From: a virus
Taxonomy: Duplodnaviria; Caudoviricetes
Direction: 5' to 3' (one strand)
IMG/VR virus record: IMGVR_UViG_3300033417_000022
Location: 1-42,715 of that record
DNA: 42,715 bases
Made by a program: the position numbers and the translations under genes. The notes under the pieces are model-generated. The model was not told the origin of the DNA and did not search any database. It saw only the letters and a list, made by a program, of their open reading frames with translations. Of this stretch, positions 26,054 through 35,580 are shown one piece after another; the first letter of the stretch is position 1; every line of letters starts with the position of its first letter.

Positions 26054-26093
26054 CGCTGTCGTTCGCTAATCCCGCCGACAGCGAGGATCCACT

Positions 26094-26276
26094 GTGATCG
26101 AGCACGACCTGCTCAAGACCGCCGAGGTGGCCCAGCTCTGCCGAGTCACCCCCAAGACCGTCTGGTCGTGGCACCGCAAGGGGAAGCTCGTCGGCATCGA
26201 GCTCCCCGGTGGCGAGCTGCGCTTCCGTCGAGGTGACGTCGAGGCGATCCTCTCCCCCACCGAGGCCGCATCGTGA
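26094..26276 (+). CDS. Cro / excisionase-like HTH_17 protein
   Basis: LLKTAEVAQLCRVTPKTV..W..KGKL....LPGGELRFRRGDV. Confidence 0.85.
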   Translation: MIEHDLLKTAEVAQLCRVTPKTVWSWHRKGKLVGIELPGGELRFRRGDVEAILSPTEAAS

Positions 26277-27100
26277 GCCTCGCCACCGTCGAAGACATCA
26301 CCTTCACGGGCGAGATCCACCCCGCCGCCGAAGCGTGGCCGCTACTCCCCGACGATGAGCTTGCCGAGTTGGGAGCGTCCATCGCCGAGATCGGCCTAAC
26401 CGACCCCATCACCCTCGACCCGGCCGGCCGACTGCTCGATGGCCGCAACCGGCTGAACGCCTGCAAGTTGGCCGGCGTCGAGCCGGAGTTCGTCATCTAC
26501 GACGGCGACCCGGTGCCGTTCATCATCGCCAAGAACGCCGACCGGCGGCACATGACCAACGGCGCCAAGGCGATGACGACCGCCGTGGTTCTCGCCGATG
26601 CCGGCTACCGAAAGAACGGTCGGTGGAAGTACGGCGCACTTTCTGAATCCACCGGATCTGGTGGATTCCAGAACCGGCTACGGGAGGCCGGCCTCGTCCT
26701 CGACTTCGCTCCCTCCCTCGCCTCTGCTGTGATCGCTGGCGACAAGAGCCTCGACGCCGCTCGCAAGGAAGCCGAAGAAGTCAAGAACCGCTCGGACTCC
26801 GACACCGAGCGCATGGACTCCCTCAAGTCCGAGGCCGCCGACCTGGCCGCCAAGGTGAAGGCGGGTGAGTTCACCTTGGCCGAGGCCGAGGCGGTGCTCA
26901 AGACGCGCAAGCGCGAGCACGCCGAGGCCGTGAAGCGCCACGGCAAATACCTCACGGAGTCGATCAACGCGTGGGACCACTTGGTCGCCATCGCCGAGAA
27001 CCGGTTCCCGCACTTCGACGAGGCGGTCGAACAGATCCCCGAGTCGTTCCGTGAGCGGCTGACCGAGGCCGCTCGGGTCATCCGAAAGGGGCTCAAGTGA
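26273..27100 (+). CDS. ParB/Srx N-terminal domain protein
   Basis: IHPAA..WPLL...L..SI...GL.DPI.....LLDGRNRL.AC...N..RRH. Confidence 0.8.
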   Translation: MSLATVEDITFTGEIHPAAEAWPLLPDDELAELGASIAEIGLTDPITLDPAGRLLDGRNRLNACKLAGVEPEFVIYDGDPVPFIIAKNADRRHMTNGAKAMTTAVVLADAGYRKNGRWKYGALSESTGSGGFQNRLREAGLVLDFAPSLASAVIAGDKSLDAARKEAEEVKNRSDSDTERMDSLKSEAADLAAKVKAGEFTLAEAEAVLKTRKREHAEAVKRHGKYLTESINAWDHLVAIAENRFPHFDEAVEQIPESFRERLTEAARVIRKGLK

Positions 27101-27597
27101 TGGACGAGTTCGAGTTCGACTTCCGCGCCGAGGAGGAGACGATCCTCGCCCAGCTCGACCGAGTTCGGCCCGACCGGTACTCGTCGCTGGACTGGGCCGC
27201 TCCCGCGATCACTCGGCTGATGACGCTCTACACGAGCGACATCGACTACCTGGAAACGCTCGCCGAGCGACATGCCCGCTCCACGATCCAGGCCCATGAG
27301 CGGCGGTCGATGAACACGGTCAGCAAGGCCGTCGACGAGATCGTGAACGGCAACGCCCTGACGCTCGCCTTCGACGACTGCGCCCACATGCCGCTCAAGG
27401 TCGGCGACGACAAGGTGACCCTGCGGTCCATGTCGGCCGGGGACTGGCGGCAGTGGGCCAACGAGAAGGAAGCGAACACCAACCGCAACCACGCCGCCGA
27501 ACTGCGGCGGTGCGCTACCGCTCGCCAGTTGGCCGACATGCTCGACGGCCAAGGCATCGCCCGGACTGACCGCCTCCCAAGGGATGAGGCGGCATGA
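27097..27597 (+). CDS. Hypothetical protein
   Basis: Coupled ORF in the early operon. Confidence 0.65.
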   Translation: MMDEFEFDFRAEEETILAQLDRVRPDRYSSLDWAAPAITRLMTLYTSDIDYLETLAERHARSTIQAHERRSMNTVSKAVDEIVNGNALTLAFDDCAHMPLKVGDDKVTLRSMSAGDWRQWANEKEANTNRNHAAELRRCATARQLADMLDGQGIARTDRLPRDEAA

Positions 27598-27770
27598 CCG
27601 ACGTCCTCCAGCGCCGCTGCGACAACCGCGGCTGCGCCATGCACAACATCGAGGTCAAGACCGACCGCTCCCACTGCCTGGGCTGCGACCGGAAGCTGAC
27701 CCTCGTCAACGCCATCCCGCTGAGTGACGACCTCCTCAGCGGCCTGTTCGGCGGGCGGTTCGGGCGATGA
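27594..27770 (+). CDS. Small Zn-ribbon protein
   Basis: CDNRGC...CLGC; coupled start. Confidence 0.5.
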   Translation: MTDVLQRRCDNRGCAMHNIEVKTDRSHCLGCDRKLTLVNAIPLSDDLLSGLFGGRFGR

Positions 27771-27822
27771 CCTCCTTCACCCCCTCTGCGGCCCTCCGTG
27801 ACGAGATGGCAGGGGAGACGGC

Positions 27823-28686
27823 ATGAGCCGGTTCGGTGGGTTCGCCATCGCGGCCGTCCTCTCGCTCGTCGCCACCGTGCTGTGGGCACTCAGCGGCTCG
27901 CCGCTCATGGTCGCAGTCATGTCCGCCGGCACCGTCGGCTGGTCCATCGCCGCCGTCTACCAATGGAAGGAAATCCACCATGGCAGCAATCGGAAAGCCG
28001 AAGCGGGTCCACCAGATCCCGACCCAGTCACCTTCGCCTGGGCATCGGGAGGCCCCGTCGCTTCCGGCACCCTCCACTACACCTTCTCCACCGGTTCCGG
28101 CCCGTCAGCCAGCCTGACCCCGCCTGAGCCGAAGCTCGAGGTCGTTGAGTCGGATCAGCCGATCCTCGCCCAACGGGCAGCACGGCTCATCTTCCACGGC
28201 AACAGCCACCACTGGGCCAGCCTCAACCAGGGAGCCGAGTTCGGCGTCGACGCCGATGCCCGCTGCAACCTTCGCGAGCAGTACCGCTCGTTCGGCACCT
28301 ATGCCCGCAACCCCTACGACCATGATGGATGCCCGTCGGTCGACTGCCACTGCGGCTTCTACGCCGTGCCCTGCGACATCGAGCCGTGGGCCGAGGACGG
28401 CGCGTACGTGACGCTGCTGGTCGAACTGTCCGGCACGATCATCGAGCACGAGAAGGGCTACCGGGCCGGACATCAGCGGGTCATGGAGTGCCGCATCCCG
28501 CCGTGCCGGTTCTGCGGCGCGGTCGCTGCCGTGGTCGATGTCCGAGACAACGCCATGGCGTCGGCGTGCTGTGAAGCGCACACACCGACCGCTCCGGATC
28601 AGGTGCTGGTCACGCTCGATGACCTGCGGAACCTGCTGCCCGTTCCCGTCACTGCCGCCGGCCGGACCGAAGGCGACGAGCGATGA
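27823..28686 (+). CDS. Membrane-anchored Cys-rich hypothetical protein
   Basis: Two N-terminal TM segments; CHCGFYA...VELSG.IIEHEKGYRA motif; C-terminal CxxC. Confidence 0.65.
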   Translation: MSRFGGFAIAAVLSLVATVLWALSGSPLMVAVMSAGTVGWSIAAVYQWKEIHHGSNRKAEAGPPDPDPVTFAWASGGPVASGTLHYTFSTGSGPSASLTPPEPKLEVVESDQPILAQRAARLIFHGNSHHWASLNQGAEFGVDADARCNLREQYRSFGTYARNPYDHDGCPSVDCHCGFYAVPCDIEPWAEDGAYVTLLVELSGTIIEHEKGYRAGHQRVMECRIPPCRFCGAVAAVVDVRDNAMASACCEAHTPTAPDQVLVTLDDLRNLLPVPVTAAGRTEGDER

Positions 28687-28940
28687 CCTGCTGCCACCAC
28701 CCCCTCCCCATCATCGAAGACGCCGGCCACCGCCGCTGCCGATCTTGCGGCCGAACCTGGGTCCGCCCCTGCGCTGACCTGTCCGACGAAGCCCTCGAAG
28801 CCGCCCTCGAGCTTGCCCGCCTACGTCGTTCGATCGACGGACGGCTGGGTGTGCGGGTGGCGCTGGCCGAGTTGGAAGCGGAGAGCGCACGACGGGACGA
28901 GATCGCCGAGCTGGAAGCCGTGTGGGCGGTGACGGCATGA
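28683..28940 (+). CDS. Hypothetical protein
   Basis: Coupled ORF with CRSC. Confidence 0.5.
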   Translation: MTCCHHPLPIIEDAGHRRCRSCGRTWVRPCADLSDEALEAALELARLRRSIDGRLGVRVALAELEAESARRDEIAELEAVWAVTA

Positions 28941-29167
28941 GCGACGACGCTACGGCCGAAGAGGTGCTGTGGAAGGACGTCCGGCCTGGCGACCTCGTGA
29001 AGATGGGTCACCTGTTCGGGCGAGGACTTTGGTTCTCGGTCCGCACCATCGGCGGCATCGAGAACAAGGTCTGGCTGAACGTCGACGGCCTCTGGACCGA
29101 CGTCATCCAGCAGCACGCCAACGACTACGTGACACGGGTGCCCGCTCAGGCGGAGTGGACGGCATGA
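28937..29167 (+). CDS. Hypothetical protein
   Basis: Coupled ORF. Confidence 0.5.
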   Translation: MSDDATAEEVLWKDVRPGDLVKMGHLFGRGLWFSVRTIGGIENKVWLNVDGLWTDVIQQHANDYVTRVPAQAEWTA

Positions 29168-29481
29168 GCCAGCCCACCCTGTTCGACGCCCCCATCACCG
29201 CGGGCACCCACCGCCAGAGCGACCCCGCATCCAGCCAGATCGCAGCGAAGCGCACCCGCCCCCGCAAGGACCAGGAGGACGTGTACGCCGCCCTCGTCGC
29301 CAACGGCGGCCGAGCCTCGCTCGATGACGTGTGCGAGGCCCTGCCCCACAAGTTGAGGAACTGCGTCAGTCGCCGCTTGTCCGACTTGGAGGCTGCTGGT
29401 CGCATCCGCAACACGGGCGAGCTGGTGGAGGGCCGGTACGGGCGACCGTTGGCTGTGTGGGAGGTGGTTCGGCGTGGCTGA
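29164..29481 (+). CDS. Winged-helix DNA-binding protein
   Basis: SDP.SS.IAA...VSRRLSDLE..GRI..TG......GR...VW. Confidence 0.7.
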   Translation: MSQPTLFDAPITAGTHRQSDPASSQIAAKRTRPRKDQEDVYAALVANGGRASLDDVCEALPHKLRNCVSRRLSDLEAAGRIRNTGELVEGRYGRPLAVWEVVRRG

Positions 29482-29872
29482 GATCCAGTGGCCGCAGCCG
29501 ACTGGCGAAGCGGTACGGGCAAGCGTCGATGTCACCGAGCGGTACTACACCTGCTCACTACCTGCCCCCACCCCAGATCACCTTCACCGAATCGTCGTCG
29601 CTCGGGTCCGTGCCCATCGTGACCCGCTCGTCATGGGCGATTGGACGATCGAGGTCGCCGACCTCACGCGGAAGCACGTTTCGTCTGCGTTCCCTGTCCC
29701 GCTGTGGTCACAGCAGGTGGACCCCGACTGGGTCGACATCTACGGAACCAAGCTCGCCCAGCGGATCGTCCATGTGCTCTGGCTCGATGATCGGCGGCAG
29801 TGGTTGGCACGAGAGGTTGCCGACGACTGGCGAAGCGCGGACACCGACAAGCGTGCCGAGGCCACCCCATGA
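29474..29872 (+). CDS. Hypothetical protein
   Basis: RBS GGAGG; overlapping start. Confidence 0.55.
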   Translation: MAEIQWPQPTGEAVRASVDVTERYYTCSLPAPTPDHLHRIVVARVRAHRDPLVMGDWTIEVADLTRKHVSSAFPVPLWSQQVDPDWVDIYGTKLAQRIVHVLWLDDRRQWLAREVADDWRSADTDKRAEATP

Positions 29873-29915
29873 GCGGCCTCACCCTCTCCCTCCCTGACGG
29901 CTCCCGGTGGAACGC

Positions 29916-30080
29916 ATGAGCCGCGCCGAGTACATGCGCGAGTACCGGAAGCGCAAGCCGTCCGTTCGCCGGCAAGACCTCGCCCGGGTCCGCGCCTACA
30001 ACGAGGCGACCCGCATCCTGCGTGAACGCCACCGCGACGAGTTCGACGCCATCTACCACGAACTGCGGGACCAGTCGTGA
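29916..30080 (+). CDS. Small basic hypothetical protein
   Basis: MSRAEYMREYRKRK...L.ERHRDEFDAIY. Confidence 0.5.
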   Translation: MSRAEYMREYRKRKPSVRRQDLARVRAYNEATRILRERHRDEFDAIYHELRDQS

Positions 30081-30430
30081 CTCGCCCGCGCCTACCGACC
30101 GACCATGGCGAGCGCCGCATGTACCAGCGCGGCTGTCGCTGCGCTCCGTGCCGAGCCGCGAACGCTGCATTCGGCCGCGGTGAACGTTGCCAACCTGGCC
30201 CGAAAGACCCTCCGGGCGACTGGGCCGACAACGGCAACTGCATCGGCCTTCCGTCCGACTGGTTCTTCCCCAACGGCCGACAGGCGATCACCGAAGCGAA
30301 GGCGGTCTGCGCGTCGTGCGCGGTCAGAGCGGAGTGCCTCACGTACGCGATGGCAACGCCGGTCGAGATGCACGGGATCTGGGGCGGCACCGATGCCCGC
30401 GAGCGCCGACGGATGCGGAGAGCGTCGTGA
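30077..30430 (+). CDS. whiB: WhiB-family transcription factor with N-terminal GCRC..C domain
   Basis: C...WFFP...AKAVCASCAVRAECL...GIWGG...RERR. Confidence 0.9.
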   Translation: MTRPRLPTDHGERRMYQRGCRCAPCRAANAAFGRGERCQPGPKDPPGDWADNGNCIGLPSDWFFPNGRQAITEAKAVCASCAVRAECLTYAMATPVEMHGIWGGTDARERRRMRRAS

Positions 30431-30918
30431 ACTGCTTCGACTGCTCCGTCCCCCTCTTCGACGATGCCCACTGGGACGACGAGCGCGGCGTCGAGGTGTG
30501 CGACGGCTGCTGCAAAGCGTGCCGGCTGGAGACCGGCCTCCGCTGGTGCGTGGTCCACGAGCGACTGCACCACGAGACCACCACCCGCAAGATCGGCACT
30601 GTCCGCAAGGGCACCGACCTGTGCACCGCAGCGGCCGGACTCACCCGCCTCGCCACATGGGGACGCCCCGCACCGCACCCGTGCGAGTTCGTGCCCCTCT
30701 ACGCCAAGTCCTCGGATCGCCGCTCAGCGGTGAGCGATCCGACCGCCGTCGAGGGCTTGCGGACCTCGGCGGCAATCTCGATGGCGGGCCACCCCACTGG
30801 GTCAGGTCCCGCCCCTGACAGCGCAGCCGTGACCGACGTTGCCGCACGCGCTCCCGCCATCGACTCAGTCACCAACGAGAACAGCGCCCGCACTGGTGTC
30901 AGCCAGTCGGGCGCATGA
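30427..30918 (+). CDS. Cys-rich hypothetical protein
   Basis: Coupled GTG start; CFDC and CDGCCKAC. Confidence 0.45.
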   Translation: MNCFDCSVPLFDDAHWDDERGVEVCDGCCKACRLETGLRWCVVHERLHHETTTRKIGTVRKGTDLCTAAAGLTRLATWGRPAPHPCEFVPLYAKSSDRRSAVSDPTAVEGLRTSAAISMAGHPTGSGPAPDSAAVTDVAARAPAIDSVTNENSARTGVSQSGA

Positions 30919-30934
30919 CCGGGAAGGAACCCCG

Positions 30935-31252
30935 ATGGAAACCAAGAGTACCCGAGTCCACCGATGCACCGTAGCGATCGACACGGCCGCCGATTTCGTG
31001 GCGCACAACGTGAGCCCGCTCTTCGATGGCGAAGGCCAAGCGCAGATCATCGGCGGCGACTACAGCGTGATCCTCCACTTGTCGGGCACCCCCGCCTCCT
31101 GGCGCCACCTCGCCAAGGTGATCGAGGACGCAGCGATGGAGCTCGAAGGCCAGATGGCCCGGAACGCTGCCGAGCACTACGCCGCGATGGCTGACGAGTC
31201 CGAGCACTGGGCACGACTGGACGACCCGGCCGACATCGGGGCGACGTCGTGA
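30935..31252 (+). CDS. Hypothetical protein
   Basis: RBS GAAGGA. Confidence 0.55.
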   Translation: METKSTRVHRCTVAIDTAADFVAHNVSPLFDGEGQAQIIGGDYSVILHLSGTPASWRHLAKVIEDAAMELEGQMARNAAEHYAAMADESEHWARLDDPADIGATS

Positions 31253-31464
31253 GCGAGATCGAGGTGACGCAGAACTACCCCGCCAAGGAAGCCGTGGCGG
31301 GCTTCCTCCACCGCAACCGCTCGATACACACGCACAACCTCGGCGAGCGACCGGGCGACAAGACGTGCAGCTACTGCGACCTCGACGCCACCTATGCCCT
31401 CGCCGCACTGGCAGCCGCTGGATTCACTCTGCTGGCACCCGAGCCTGCGGGGGCTCCCCGATGA
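31249..31464 (+). CDS. Hypothetical protein
   Basis: Coupled ORF. Confidence 0.5.
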   Translation: MSEIEVTQNYPAKEAVAGFLHRNRSIHTHNLGERPGDKTCSYCDLDATYALAALAAAGFTLLAPEPAGAPR

Positions 31465-32111
31465 GCGCCGCCGAGAGCTTGGACGACGCCATCCTCGACG
31501 ACCTCGCCGACGTCGACCCGATCCCGCTCGACGTCTACATGCTCGAGGACGAACCCGAGTTCTCCGACGAGGTGCTGCGCGACGAGGCCGAGGTCGACAC
31601 GAAGCTCTACATCGTCCACCGCCTCGAAGAGAAGCGAGACGCCCGCGCTGCGCTGTTCGACGCCGACATCGCCAAGGCCGAGAAGGTGGTCGCTGACCTC
31701 AGGGAACGGAAGGCACAAGCGCTGAAGCCGTTCGACTCGTCCATCGAGTTCTACGGCCACCAGATCGAAGGATGGACGCGGGCGAACATCTCCGAGGACG
31801 CGAAGCGCAAGACCATCGATCTGCCGTGGGGGTCGGTGAAGCTCCGCAAGCAGCAGGAGTCGGTCAAGACCTACGGCCGACCGAGTGACCATGTCCCCGC
31901 CGAGTTGACCCGCCCCACCTGGGCGACGGTCACCGACATCCAGAAGCACGCCAAGTGCGGTCCCGAGTACGACCTCGACAAGCTCCCTGACGGTTACAAG
32001 CTGCGCGAGGGGTTCACCCCGCACAAGGTCATGGTCGGCGATCAGGTCGTGCCCGGTGCCGTGTGGGAGAAGCCCGAGCAGGACCGGTTCGAGTTCAAGG
32101 CCGGTGCGTGA
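31461..32111 (+). CDS. Mu Gam-like host-nuclease inhibitor / DNA end-binding protein
   Basis: Coiled coil followed by KTIDLPWGSVKLRK and VPG......DRFEFK. Confidence 0.65.
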   Translation: MSAAESLDDAILDDLADVDPIPLDVYMLEDEPEFSDEVLRDEAEVDTKLYIVHRLEEKRDARAALFDADIAKAEKVVADLRERKAQALKPFDSSIEFYGHQIEGWTRANISEDAKRKTIDLPWGSVKLRKQQESVKTYGRPSDHVPAELTRPTWATVTDIQKHAKCGPEYDLDKLPDGYKLREGFTPHKVMVGDQVVPGAVWEKPEQDRFEFKAGA

Positions 32112-33136
32112 TGGCCGCTCTCAGTACTCGACGCCCGACCGGCGAGGTCGCGTTCCCCTTTCTCATCGTGGAGGGCGAGTCGAAGTCCGGCCGCACCTAC
32201 GCCGCGCTCCGGCTGTCCGCTGACGAGCGGGTCGGGCAGACGTTCGTGTTCGAGCTCGCAGAGAACCGCGCCGACGAGTACGCCAGCCTCGGCGATTTCC
32301 TCATCGTCGAGCACGACGGCACCCTCTCCGGGCTCAAGACGCAGATGCAGGCAGCCATGGCCGAACCGTCGATCGACGGGAAGCCGAACGTCATCATCGT
32401 CGACACCGGCTCTGCGCTGTGGGACATGCACAAGGACCGCGCCGCACTCCGCGCGCGTTCGTCGAAGCGTGCACAGAAGATCCTCGCCGACGACCCCGAC
32501 GCCGACATCGACGTGTCCATGTCGTACTGGACCGCGGTCAAGGACATGTGGTGGCGGGACTACATCAACGCCCTCAAGGCGTGGCCGGGGATCGTGGTCC
32601 TGACCGCCAAGGCCGAGGAGAAGACCAAGGTCGACAAGGATGGCCGACCGACCAAGGACTCGGAGTGGTCCCGTGATCTGGAGAAGGGGACTGTGTTCTC
32701 TGCGACCGCCGTGGTCCGCACCCGGTACCCGAAGCCACCGGTCGTGTCCGACGTCAACAGCCTGCGCGTCGAGATGCCGCAGTCCGGTCTCCTCGACCTC
32801 CCCGCGACCGATTCGCTCGGCTACTTCGTGTTCGACGTGCTCGGTGCCGGCGGCGGGTTCGTCCCTGAGCGACTGAACACGGTCGACGGAGCGGCGCTGC
32901 CGGTCGGGTACGCCAAGCAGAAGCTGTTGACGATGGTCGAGCAGGTCGTGTTCGACACCGAAGGCGCACGGCTCGACGACCTGACCCCGAAGATCATCGC
33001 CGGTCGGGTGTGGGAAGCCGCTGCGTGGCCCGACGACAAGCGCGAGTGGACCACCGCCGACATGGACGAGTGCCGTCGCCTCGCCGTCGACATGGTTGCC
33101 GATCTCGTGCCGGAGCCGGAGCAGGTGGCCTCGTGA
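32111..33136 (+). CDS. Sak4-like AAA ATPase (recombinase)
   Basis: Walker A variant GESKSGRT and Walker B VIIVDT; follows the Gam-like gene. Confidence 0.7.
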   Translation: MAALSTRRPTGEVAFPFLIVEGESKSGRTYAALRLSADERVGQTFVFELAENRADEYASLGDFLIVEHDGTLSGLKTQMQAAMAEPSIDGKPNVIIVDTGSALWDMHKDRAALRARSSKRAQKILADDPDADIDVSMSYWTAVKDMWWRDYINALKAWPGIVVLTAKAEEKTKVDKDGRPTKDSEWSRDLEKGTVFSATAVVRTRYPKPPVVSDVNSLRVEMPQSGLLDLPATDSLGYFVFDVLGAGGGFVPERLNTVDGAALPVGYAKQKLLTMVEQVVFDTEGARLDDLTPKIIAGRVWEAAAWPDDKREWTTADMDECRRLAVDMVADLVPEPEQVAS

Positions 33137-33723
33137 ACCTCGCCGAAGCCGCCGACGAGATGAGGCGCTGCTCAGTTGACGGATGCACCAACGCCCTCCT
33201 GGCTCGCGGGTGGTGCTCGACGCATTACGGCCGGTGGAAGCAGACGGGTGATGTTCGTGCCGATGTGCCTGTACGTCGCTTCCGCGGGGTCGAGGCGACG
33301 TTCGACGCCAGCTACGAAGTGGACGACGACGGCTGCTGGGTCTGGACCGCAGCTCGAACGAGCGCCGGGTACTCCCACCTGTACGACGGCACGCAGATGG
33401 TGTACGGGCATCGGTTCAGCTATGAGCGATTCGTGGCCCAGATCCCTGATGGGTTCTCCATCGATCACCTGTGCCGCAACCGAGCCTGCGTCAACCCGGA
33501 GCACCTCGACGCCGTCCGCCCGATCGAGAACGTCCGTCGAGGCGAGGTCGGTGGCTTTCAGTACGGGACACCAACGGACGCTTGCCTGCGGGGCCATGAC
33601 CTGACGGACCCGACCAACGTCTACACGTACCCACCGACGTCCCGCCAAGCGGGTACCAGTTACTGCCGGATTTGCGCCGCCATCGCTCGTCGCAAGTACG
33701 AGCAGAAAGGGGCGTCGGCATGA
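33133..33723 (+). CDS. HNH endonuclease
   Basis: CWVWTA...GY...HRFSY...IDHLCRNRACVNPEHL...EN. Confidence 0.9.
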   Translation: MNLAEAADEMRRCSVDGCTNALLARGWCSTHYGRWKQTGDVRADVPVRRFRGVEATFDASYEVDDDGCWVWTAARTSAGYSHLYDGTQMVYGHRFSYERFVAQIPDGFSIDHLCRNRACVNPEHLDAVRPIENVRRGEVGGFQYGTPTDACLRGHDLTDPTNVYTYPPTSRQAGTSYCRICAAIARRKYEQKGASA

Positions 33724-34058
33724 CCGAGCCTCTACCTCAGGTCGACATCGAGGCCGAGATCATGCGCCTGTCGTCGATGGCCGAGAAGGTCACTCACGAA
33801 CTGGCGAAGCGTGCCCGTGCTGCCGCCGAGGCCGACGTCGATTACAAGGTGGCGCACGCCAAGGCGCTGCTCATGGCTGAGGGTCCGCAGTACGTCCGTG
33901 ACGCCGAGGCCACCGTCGAGTGTGAGGCGGAGCTGACGGAGAAGCGGGCCACCGAGGCGCTGCTGCTGGCCGCTCAGGAAGCCGGCCGCAACTACCGAGC
34001 ACAGCTCGACTCGCTCCGCTCCATCAACGCCAACCACCGGGCTCTGGTGACGGGATGA
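33720..34058 (+). CDS. Coiled-coil hypothetical protein
   Basis: Coupled ORF ending QLDSLRSINAN. Confidence 0.6.
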   Translation: MTEPLPQVDIEAEIMRLSSMAEKVTHELAKRARAAAEADVDYKVAHAKALLMAEGPQYVRDAEATVECEAELTEKRATEALLLAAQEAGRNYRAQLDSLRSINANHRALVTG

Positions 34059-34471
34059 GCCGCCTCCGCAGCCAGTCCACGAAGCGCCGCAACCGCTCCC
34101 AGGAGCGCCGAGACGCCGTGCTCACCGCGATGGCCCGCGACGGCTACACCTGCCAAGCGCTGCATGTCCTCGACCATCCCTGCACGGGTGAGTTGGTCGG
34201 CCACGAGCCCCACAAGCGCAGCCAAGGCGGCGACCCGTACGAGGTCGACGAGATCCTCACGGTCTGTCAGTGGGTGAACGACTGGGTTGAGCGGGAGCCT
34301 GCGAAGGCCCGCGAGTTGGGTCTGAGCGTTCACGGCTGGTGTGAGTGGTCGTGGACCGAGCACTGGCAAGGCCTCGTCCCACTCGACCGAAGTCAAGGAA
34401 CCGACCCGAACCTTGAAATGCACAGGGAAGATTTCAAGGCACCCGACATCGGCAGCGAGGGCGAGCAGTGA
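34055..34471 (+). CDS. HNH-like nuclease
   Basis: RDGYTCQ...C...HE..KRSQGGD......VCQW; degenerate HNH. Confidence 0.55.
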   Translation: MSRLRSQSTKRRNRSQERRDAVLTAMARDGYTCQALHVLDHPCTGELVGHEPHKRSQGGDPYEVDEILTVCQWVNDWVEREPAKARELGLSVHGWCEWSWTEHWQGLVPLDRSQGTDPNLEMHREDFKAPDIGSEGEQ

Positions 34472-34689
34472 CCCCCCGCCACTGCGGTCGCGCCATGCGC
34501 GAAGAGGACCGCGACGAGGGAGCGGTGATGTGGCTGTGCTCCCGCTGCCCAGCCTGCCGCGAATCTTGCGTCACCGGCGGTCACTCGGATTTGGACGAGC
34601 ACGGCCCCTACGTGGGGAAGGCACCGCACGAAGCGAACGCGGTCCGGCCCCTGCCAGCCAGGTTCCACGAGCCGATCGAGAGGCAGTGA
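34468..34689 (+). CDS. Small Cys-rich hypothetical protein
   Basis: Coupled ORF. Confidence 0.45.
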   Translation: MTPRHCGRAMREEDRDEGAVMWLCSRCPACRESCVTGGHSDLDEHGPYVGKAPHEANAVRPLPARFHEPIERQ

Positions 34690-34955
34690 TGGACCAGAAG
34701 GAAACGGCGACTGTGGGACGGGCCGACCGTTGGCGGGTCCTCTACGCCGTGAACGCGCTCGGGTCGGGTCAACTCCTTCGGGCGATGCGTGACTCTGGCC
34801 TGTTCCACCCCGAACGGCTGCACTTCATCGGCCACAGCCCGCCTCACTTGCAACTGCGGGACATCGCCGATGACGTGCTCGCTGCGGACGCCGTGGACGA
34901 GTTCGTGACCCTCTGCGAGACGATCTACAACGGCAGTTCGGAGGTCCCCCGATGA
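34689..34955 (+). CDS. Hypothetical protein
   Basis: TGATG coupling. Confidence 0.5.
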   Translation: MDQKETATVGRADRWRVLYAVNALGSGQLLRAMRDSGLFHPERLHFIGHSPPHLQLRDIADDVLAADAVDEFVTLCETIYNGSSEVPR

Positions 34956-35134
34956 CCCGCCGCCCCTCCGTCGAGTTCTACGCCGACGCCCGCGGCGAGC
35001 ACCGCTGGCGCGTTCTCTCGAACGGGAGAATCATGACTGACAGCGGGGAGGGCTACGCCACCCGCTCGAACGCCAAGCGTGCCTGGAACCGGCTGCGTGT
35101 CGTGGTGCTGGCTGCGAAGGCGGTCGATCGATGA
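34952..35134 (+). CDS. DUF1508/YegP-like protein
   Basis: EFY.D..GEHRWR...NGRIM.DSGEGY..RSNAKRA. Confidence 0.75.
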   Translation: MTRRPSVEFYADARGEHRWRVLSNGRIMTDSGEGYATRSNAKRAWNRLRVVVLAAKAVDR

Positions 35135-35580
35135 GCGCCGACCGTCCGACAGTGAAGCAGCGCCGGAAGATGTGCCGTCAGGCTGGCTACGGCCACCGCG
35201 AGGTCAGCAACTGGGGAAGCGGCGACCTGCCCGCCCCGTTCGCCGAAGGTGACCTGCTCTGGCTCCCTGATGGGCTTCCCGCACCGCGTATGCGCGGCAT
35301 GGGAGCGCCTGGCTGGTACGTCGTGGCCGCCGGGTTCTCGATCGACGAGGGAGACGCCTGGTACTTCCGGGTCACCAACGACCGAGACAACTGCTCCGAC
35401 CGCCTGCACGTCGCTTACGCCGACCGCTCCGACTTCGACGAGGACCTCGACTGGATGACCCCGTTCGAGCTGGTCGACACCGCCGACCCCGAAGGGCTCG
35501 CAGAGCGCGAACGCCTGCTCGCTGACGGCTGGAGCTACACGCCACCCGAGAAGTGTCCAACGTGCGGACGGCGGACCTGA
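35131..35580 (+). CDS. Hypothetical protein
   Basis: Coupled ORF with C-terminal CPTC. Confidence 0.55.
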   Translation: MSADRPTVKQRRKMCRQAGYGHREVSNWGSGDLPAPFAEGDLLWLPDGLPAPRMRGMGAPGWYVVAAGFSIDEGDAWYFRVTNDRDNCSDRLHVAYADRSDFDEDLDWMTPFELVDTADPEGLAERERLLADGWSYTPPEKCPTCGRRT

